Made by a program: the position numbers and the translations under genes | From: the human T2T-CHM13v2.0 reference genome, Homo sapiens | Reading direction: 5' to 3' (one strand) | Assembly: GCF_009914755.1 (NCBI RefSeq) | Contig: NC_060937.1 | Length of the DNA: 64,000 bases | Notes under the pieces: model-generated | Seen by the model: only the letters and a program-made list of their open reading frames with translations | The model's database searches: none | What the model was told of the DNA's origin: nothing | Shown: positions 50,869-64,000 of the stretch, one piece after another | Layout: every line of letters starts with the position of its first letter | Position numbering within the stretch: the first letter of the stretch is position 1

Positions 50869-53269
50869 CTACTTTCTTGGCAATTTCCAAATATACAATA
50901 GATTATTATTGACTATAGTCACCAAGCTGCGAAGTAGATCATTTTATTTGATTATTTAAACAATAAAACATGGGGTCTAGGACATCAAGCATTTATCTTA
51001 ATCAAATACATTAGTGGATAAATGAATGAAAACCCTAAAAACTGTTTCTAGACTTTGTTTCTCATTGTCTGGAAAAAGCCTTCAAAACCTGTTGGGTTGA
51101 CTCTCAGGGTTATTAGAATTCCAGTCCTGCCACTTTCTAGTAGTGTGTCCTTGCTCAAGTTACTTAATCTCTGTGTGCCTCAGTTTTCCCATCGGTAAGA
51201 ATGGGAGCAATAATAATACTATTCCTCATTTTATAGGGATATTAGAGGATTGAATGAGTTAGCAAGTGCAAAGTTTTTGGAAAAGTGCCTGAAACACACC
51301 AGTAGTAAAAGTTCAATACATTTTAGCTATTTGTTGTTGTTATTGTCACCATTGATAACATCACTTGTCTACTGTTACTGAGATGTTAAGATGAGGAGCT
51401 GCCGCCAGACAGCAATGAGGCTCCCAGCTGCTCCCAGACAAGTGCAGAACCGAGAAGCAGCCTCCACCACAGGGAGCTCCTCCCCAGAACCGTGTCTACT
51501 GCAGACACCAACAACCGTCCAGGGGGCCCAAACTCCCTCCAGCCATTTTGTCCACTGACCTACCACTGAGTCACCCAGTTAAAATGTGTGGGGAAGGGGG
51601 TAATGCCAGAATTCCCACTTTTCAGTATCACCTTGGAAACGATTTCATGCATTCATTCAGCAAACTTTGATTAAGTCCCAACATCCTGTTCACTCTGTGA
51701 TCTGGGATTCTGACACTAGCCAGGAGACAGAGGTTTCATCAAGTCACGGGGGCATCAAAACAAGCCTCGGGAGCGGGGGTTGCCCACGTCCAGTGCTGCC
51801 CACACTCCACTATGCTCAGGGCCCTGACTGGACTGACCCGGAACTAGAACCTCTGGCCAGCTGGATTGTGGGGAGTGTTGGTGAGCAATAAGATGAAAAT
51901 GGAGAAATTGTTATGTTTTTATCAAAGTTCCAGACACAGAGTAAGAAAGCCCCCAAAACGTGTGTTAAGTAACTGGCCAAACCCAAGAACAATAGATCTA
52001 AATTATTCACGCGATCCTAGCTTTCTCTCTCAACACGCTCCCTCCTCAGCCTCACCACTCCTTTGGGTATTAAGACAATCAAAGGATATGCCTCTCTTTT
52101 TTTTTCCTGTAAAGAAATTACTTTCCAGTGAGGCTGTCATTTTGCCTCCTCTATTCTATTTTCCTGTCAGACATTGAGAGGGTGGGCTCCGGGGCCTCCT
52201 GCTCCTTCCGGCCTGCCCTGCAGGAGTTCAGCTGAGAGGCTGTGGTCCCTTCACTCATCAGGCTGGGACTGGGCTGTCCCTGTGAGTCAAGGGTCAGAAA
52301 GCTCCAGTGATGACCCCCAAGCCCAGTGGAGGAGCTGAAGTCCTCAGCTATGGAGAGGCCCCCAGAAGTGGGTGAGTGTCCACATGGCCCCAACATTCCT
52401 GTCCATTTGATTTTATGACATCCTCTGCTCTTCCTAGATAAGCCTCAAATGAATGAAAAGGAGCTCCTTATTTTGGAGACGTCTGTATGACGGTCAGAAG
52501 CCATCTGGCTGTCAAAGGCCATCCTGATAGGCGGCATCGTCTGTTGGCTCCTTTTTGGTGAAGAGAGCAGGGGCTCTCCTTCCCCACCCAGATGTCCACA
52601 GAGGCCTCTCTGCCCCTCGCCACCCCTTCAGTACATTTCAGGTTTCTCCACAGAGCATCCAGGACAGCCCCTGAGGCAGCCTGGTCTCTGTGAAGCTGTG
52701 TGTGTCATTCGGAGTCACCCCCTCTTCTCCTCACCCCACACCAAGAAGTGCCTCATTTTCTCTCTCTCTCCACAGAAGAAATCAGTAACTTCTTTCCCTT
52801 CCTCCAGAGGGATGCCTTCAGATTCTCCTCCTTCCCCTCCATCCCTCAGGGAGTTGCTGATCTGAATGAATTCACTCTCCTCGGCCATCCAGTCCAAACT
52901 GGCCCTTTCTGGTACAAAAGTCAGCCGATTGCCCTTTCCCCTGGGCTCTGGAGATAGTCTGGTATCCAGCTGTCCTCTCTGTCACATACAGGACATTCCC
53001 AAGCCAGATGGGGTGGCTAAGACAGGGTGGGCCCTCAGCCTAGCCTTTAGCCTCCGAATCACTCTGATGTCTTTTGCTAGGTTCCTCCTTGTGACCTCAA
53101 AGCTCTAATATTTAACAGCCACTTTCCTTAGCCACCGCATTCTTCCAGTCCATGTCTGACCTAAACCACACAAGTGCTTGACTCTTACGGACTAGACCTG
53201 AGGAAACTTACTGAACCTTCCAAAGGAAAGAACTCAATAAACACATCAAGTATAAGGAATTAGACTAAA

Positions 53270-53279
53270 ATAGATAGAT

Positions 53280-53326
<47 letters not shown>
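53270..53326. repeat. (TAGA)n tetranucleotide STR
   Basis: tagatagatgatagatagat... run. Confidence 0.95.
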
Positions 53327-53377
53327 TTTTAAAAACAACTTTTTTTGTTGTTTTTTGTTTTGTTTTTTGAGACATAG

Positions 53378-53584
<207 letters not shown>

Positions 53585-53852
53585 TGATCCACCCACCTCG
53601 GCCTCCCAAAGTGCTGGGATTACAGGCGTGAGCCACCAACACGCCCGCCTAAAAGCAATTTTTGTAGCAACAGATCTCATCATGTTGCCTAGACTGGTCT
53701 CAAATTCCTGGGCTCAAGTGATCCTCCCATCTCAGCCTCCCAAAGTGCTGGGATTACAGGTGTGAGCCACCATTCCTGGCCAGTATCTAAAAATATTTTA
53801 ACAAGCATATTTGAAATCCCTTTGCAGAGAATGTCTGATACGGAAGCCTTAC

Positions 53853-54027
53853 CTGACTGTGCAAGGGCATCAATAAAGGCAAAAAAGTGCTTCTCTAAAT
53901 CTTCCAAATCAGAGAATGGCCGCTGGGACCAAACAGCAGCTGCAATCAGAGGACATCTCTCAGTGGCATTCCCAAACACATCCACGAATTCTCCAAGGTC
54001 CATGGAGTTGACCTTCTCAATGTCCAT
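53853..54027 (-). CDS. URAD: URAD (PRHOXNB, OHCU decarboxylase) coding exon 1 (175 bp)
   Basis: ATG at 54027 reads [58 protein letters not shown]. Donor CAG|GTAAGG follows 53853. Confidence 0.97.
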
Positions 54028-54059
54028 TCCTTGTATTCCACTGGAGACAGCGGGACGTC

Positions 54060-54300
54060 CAGCTCCCCTCTCGGTGAGTGAGTGACGCTGTCTCGGCTCA
54101 CTCGGTTATATCTGCTGAACACAAGAGCTTGCTGTTTACGCAACACCACCTTCGCGTGTTTTAAATGCCTTTGGGAGAAGCAGATCCAGAATACTTGTGT
54201 AATGAACAAGCACAGGCTTAAGGTTCTAATCCAGGGAGCAGAGATCTCTGCATGGTCAATGTTTCCAACCAAACCATTCCCATAATCAAAGGCAGCAGGG
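54060..54300 (-). promoter_or_regulatory. URAD promoter region
   Basis: TATA-like GATATAA (minus, about 54106-54112). Overlapping FOXA TGTTTAC (54133-54139) and C/EBP TTACGCAA (54136-54143). Second C/EBP-like TTGTGTAAT 54195-54203. TCF ATCAAAG 54285-54291. Confidence 0.55.
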
Positions 54301-54317
54301 GCCATATTTCACTCTAA

Positions 54318-54620
<303 letters not shown>

Positions 54621-54684
54621 TAATCCACCTGCCTCGGCCTCGCAAAGTGCTGGAATTACAGGTAATTATTATATTGTTATTATT

Positions 54685-54973
54685 TGAGATAGGTTCTGCC
54701 TAGGTTGTCCAAGCTGGAGTGCAGTGGCTATTCATAGGCACAATCCCACTACTGATCAGCAGTGGAGTTTTGACCTGTTCTCTTTCCAACCTGGGCCAGT
54801 TCACCGCTCCCTGGGCAATCTGGTGGCTCCGGTCTTCCTGGAGGACATCAGATTGATGCCGAACTTGGTGCAGTCACCTGATCGGCAGAGCGCACTACAG
54901 CCCGGAACTCCTGGACTCCAGTGATCCACCTGCCTTAGCCTCCCGAGTAGCTGGGACTACAGCCGCGTCTGGC
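54685..54973 (-). pseudogene. Full-length 7SL (SRP RNA) retropseudogene
   Basis: Alu-like ends enclose an S-domain-like core (plus-strand ctgatcagc...tttgacctg...acctgggccagttcacc...attgatgccgaactt...gatcggc...gcactacagccc) that Alus lack. Many substitutions. Confidence 0.9.
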
Positions 54974-56098
54974 TGTTATTAACACTTTAATGTCATCATC
55001 ACCGCAGGACATTTTCCCTGATAATTTAGCCAGGTCCACGGGTCAACCCACTTGGAACTTGATTTCCTAACTATTGTTATTGCTGCTGTTAAGGACAGGT
55101 ACTATGTTTTTCTCAGTCTGTGTATGCCAGATGCTTAACACAACAGGTACTTAATAAATGCTCATTAAGCAGGACAAAATGTCTAAGGAATAATTCTGCC
55201 CCATTCTCAATAGTCTCTCAAACCCCATTAGGAGTTATTTTCTTCTTGAAAATATCTGTGTCTATGTTGCTTCTTGTATGTATTTACTTGTATGTCGGTT
55301 CTCAGCCGGGACATATTCCAGAAGCCTGGAGACCAGTGTGTCTTGTTGCCTCTGTATCCTGGCTGACAAGATCTGTGCCTACGGTAGGCATGAAAGAAGC
55401 ACTATGGGATGAATTGGTTGGCCAGTTAGCTAACCACATAGATTAGATTTCACGTACTAATGTCTTCCAGGTATACACAAAACAAAATAATGTGCCAGGT
55501 AAAGTCAAAGAAAAGAAGGGGTCAGAATTGACAAATAAACACATTACTGCTATCTCCCTTTAGAACTACAAATGCAAACATTTCCCAAAGCCATACCAGT
55601 TACACATTTGCTTTCATTTGAATAAAAATTCAATGAACCAGGTAAGGTGGCATGTGCCTGTAGCCCCAGCTACTCAGGAGGCCGAGGCAGGAGAATTGCT
55701 TGAGCCCAGAAGGTCCAGGCCAGCCTGGGCAGCATAATGAGACCTTCTCTCAAAAAACAAAAATTCAATGAGAGAACAACCATATTAGGATTCATAAACC
55801 AGTCTCATGTGCTCCTATGGTCTGTGAAAGGCAAACAACAACCGTACCCATGTGATCTACCAGCAGCCATTATTTTCGTCCTAAGTCTACAGACTCTTCC
55901 CCAGCTGGCACCTCTCCTTGACTACCTGGCCCATCGGGTCAGGACTAACCAACTGAGCCCTCATCTCTTAAAAAGTAGCTGCTAAAACTTGCTTTTCAAA
56001 GGGGATAAATCTGGTGCCAGAAGTTCCAGCATGACTGGCCTTCTATTGAAATATAAGGAAAGAAGGGTTAACACTTCTACAGTGTATACCTCTGTGTG

Positions 56099-56674
56099 CG
56101 TATATGTATAGGTATATGTATAGGTATAGGTATAGGTATAGGTATAGGTATAGGTATAGGTGTAGGTGTAGGTGTAGGTGTAGGTATAGGTATAGGTATA
56201 GGTATATGTATAGGTGTAGGTGTAGGTGTAGGTATAGGTATAGGTATAGGTATAGGTATATGTATAGGTATAGGTATATGTATAGGTATATGTATAGGTA
56301 TAGGTATAGGTGTAGGTATATGTATAGGTATAGGTATATGTATATGTATATGTATAGGTATAGGTATAGGTATAGGTATATGTATATGTATAGGTGTAGG
56401 TGTAGGTATATGTATAGGTATATGTATATGTATAGGTATAGGTATATGTATAGGTATAGGTGTAGGTATATGTATATGTATAGGTGTAGGTATATGTATA
56501 GGTATAGGTATAGGTATAGGTATATGTATATGTATATGTATAGGTATAGGTATAGGTATAGGTATAGGTATAGGTATAGGTATATGTATATGTATAGGTG
56601 TAGGTATAGGTATAGGTATAGGTATAGGTATAGGTATAGGTGTAGGTATAGGTGTAGGTATAGGTATATGTATA
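56099..56674. repeat. Hexamer VNTR, about 96 units of GGTATA/GGTGTA/TGTATA
   Basis: Uninterrupted 6-bp periodicity with three unit variants. Confidence 0.97.
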
Positions 56675-56704
56675 TGGAATCACGCAGCGTGTATGCTGTT
56701 TCTG

Positions 56705-57295
<591 letters not shown>

Positions 57296-58438
57296 CACAT
57301 CTTCTGTGTGCAGTCTCTCCGCTGGACTGCCACAGGATTTTCTTTTTTTCCCTTCTGCCAGCAGAGTCACATCCTCTTTTCCTTGTCTAGGCATGCTTTG
57401 CCACAGATATAGTCCAACAGCCCAGTATCTGTTTGTTTTCTTTTTCCCTCTGCTGCCACCTCCAGCCTCAGTTAATTTGCGGGCTGGCCTGTGGGACCAG
57501 GGAAGGTAGAATCTGTGTCGGGGCCCGTACCACTGCTCTGCCCAGGCCTCCAGCCACATAGGTGTCCCTCGTCCCAGGGGTCGTGGTGAGTGGGAGGGGA
57601 AGGCAGAGCAGTGCTGAGGATGAAGAGACCCTGGGCCGCTACTCTTTGACTTCTGAAGGCTCACCCCCTGTGCATGAACCACCCTCCCACTTCCTCCACA
57701 CACTGAGGGTCTCTGGGGCTGTGAGAGCTCCTGCCTGCACCTTGGGGCTGGGGGGCTCAGTTCGTCTGCAGCAGGAGAGAGACATCTGAATTTGTGAGAT
57801 GAAACGCCTTTGGCTCAGGGACACGCTGGCACAAGCAGTGGGAATGGCTACACCCCTGATGCTACTCCACCAGACTGGACACCTAACCTCCTCTTACTTT
57901 GTTATATCTATCACAAAACAATGGAATTCCAAATGATTCACTAACATAGAAACTTTTAAGACACAAAAGGTTACAAAATTAAATAGTCATGGGTTTAGAA
58001 GCAACATTGACAAAAACCAAACAAATGCATTATTAATGTGGAATTTGACAGTCCATGTCACAAATGCACTCTGGGCTTAACTTTTCCTGTTTGGTTCTCA
58101 TCAGCCAAATCGACCAAAGAAATGTAAGGTGGTCAGGAAGTAAAGCAATTTTCATCCAACCAAAAAGCTAATTTATTAAATTGTACATTATAATTTAGTG
58201 TACAATTGTATGCTATGTAAATTATATATCAATAAAACTGTTTTTTAAGCTAAATTATATACTGATGTGGCCTCATAATTTTTGTTTAACCACACAATAT
58301 ATGAGTCTTATGTTCTGGTTGCTGAATATATTTGACCTTATTATAATTTTGTTAAGAGACTGTTTTAGCAGCACATAGAGAAAGTTCTTAAATAGGTAAA
58401 ATCAAATTTTTATTTCATTTTTTAGTTGAAACATTTCA

Positions 58439-60894
<2,456 letters not shown>

Positions 60895-60899
60895 GGGGG

Positions 60900-63185
<2,286 letters not shown>

Positions 63186-64000
63186 AAAACCCAACTGAAT
63201 ACTGAAGAAATGAATTGAAGCTATCTGCATAGAGGGTTGTTTTCCTTCGAATCAGCGGATTGGCTTTTTCTTTCATTCTGCTACTTAAAATCTGCCTTTC
63301 CAGGGGCAGGCAGGGCGTAGTCGCGAAGTCAGGCCTAGGGCCTGAGATCAATTTTTTAAAGAAGTGCTAGGGCGCCAGCTGCTGGCAAGATTACTACAAA
63401 GGCCTAGTGGAAAGGGCTGCCCTTGTGCAGCAACAGCCTATGTAGGAACAGCAAGTTGCATTCCTCCTCGGTGTTAAAAATAGGTAGTTATGTCAGGTAC
63501 AAAACTTGACCCAAACTGAAATAGAATCTGTGGTAAGAATTTGGTTTAATAAGAGTTGATTTTCATTTCTCCTTAAGAGGTTGTACATTTTATGTGGGTT
63601 TTTTTACCACAATAAAAAATAGACAGATATGATAAAAAGAGACAAAATGAGAATTACAAAAAGCTAAGAAAGAAAAGTAAGGAAATACAGAAAATCACAT
63701 AATAGTAGAACCCAACAGTCATCTCAAGGTAAGTGTTAACAGGGGACTGGAGACAGCAAGTTATTAGCTCAAGTTTCAATTTCCTCAGAAAAAATTGGTA
63801 TAAGTTTAGAACCTAATTCATAAGGTAGTTAGGAAGATTAAATGAGATAACACACATCTAGTTCCCTGCACATAACAAGCCCTTCACAGATACACATATT
63901 GGGCAAATATTGACACATTGTAAAGAATAAAAGGCATGTCTGACAATATAGCCAGTATGATTTCATTTACATAAAAAAGATGTGTGTGTGTGTGTATATG

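Noticed and set aside
53689-53852. Read-through extension of URAD exon 1
   Set aside because: Intronic/Alu sequence past a consensus GTAAGG donor.
55982-55996. C-terminal SKF of the VNTR ORF as a peroxisomal signal paralleling URAD AKL
   Set aside because: SKF is a weak PTS1 variant, and there is no evidence the ORF is expressed. Likely coincidence.
56099-56674. CRISPR-like or telomere-like array
   Set aside because: No unique spacers and the units are not TTAGGG. It is a eukaryotic hexamer VNTR.

Overview
Human (hominid) genomic DNA from the 3' end of the ParaHox region (13q12.2). I identified it from the protein sequences. The window holds the complete three-exon CDX2 homeobox gene on the minus strand (CDS 34394-33854, 30403-30258, 28760-28506; 313 aa). 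It also holds the complete two-exon URAD/PRHOXNB gene (OHCU decarboxylase) on the minus strand (CDS 54027-53853, 43837-43491; 173 aa ending in the PTS1 signal AKL). Other features are an intact-ORF retrocopy of ATP synthase epsilon (ATP5F1EP2, 10707-10862), a full-length 7SL pseudogene, several CpG islands (one probably the LINC00543 locus), and dense Alu, L1, MaLR, MER and MIR repeats. Most ORFs in the supplied track are Alu, L1 or GC-rich shadows. I cannot establish a wholly new biological system. The most notable structures are: (i) a strong-Kozak uORF overlapping the CDX2 start; (ii) intron-1 and exon-2 alternative donors that predict truncated or frameshifted CDX2 isoforms; (iii) a 576-bp three-unit hexamer VNTR upstream of URAD whose variation is fully synonymous in an ATG-initiated (Tyr-Thr)96 frame; (iv) an intact peroxisomal URAD with a liver-type promoter despite hominoid uricase loss; (v) a four-arm double-hairpin element at 23.6 kb.
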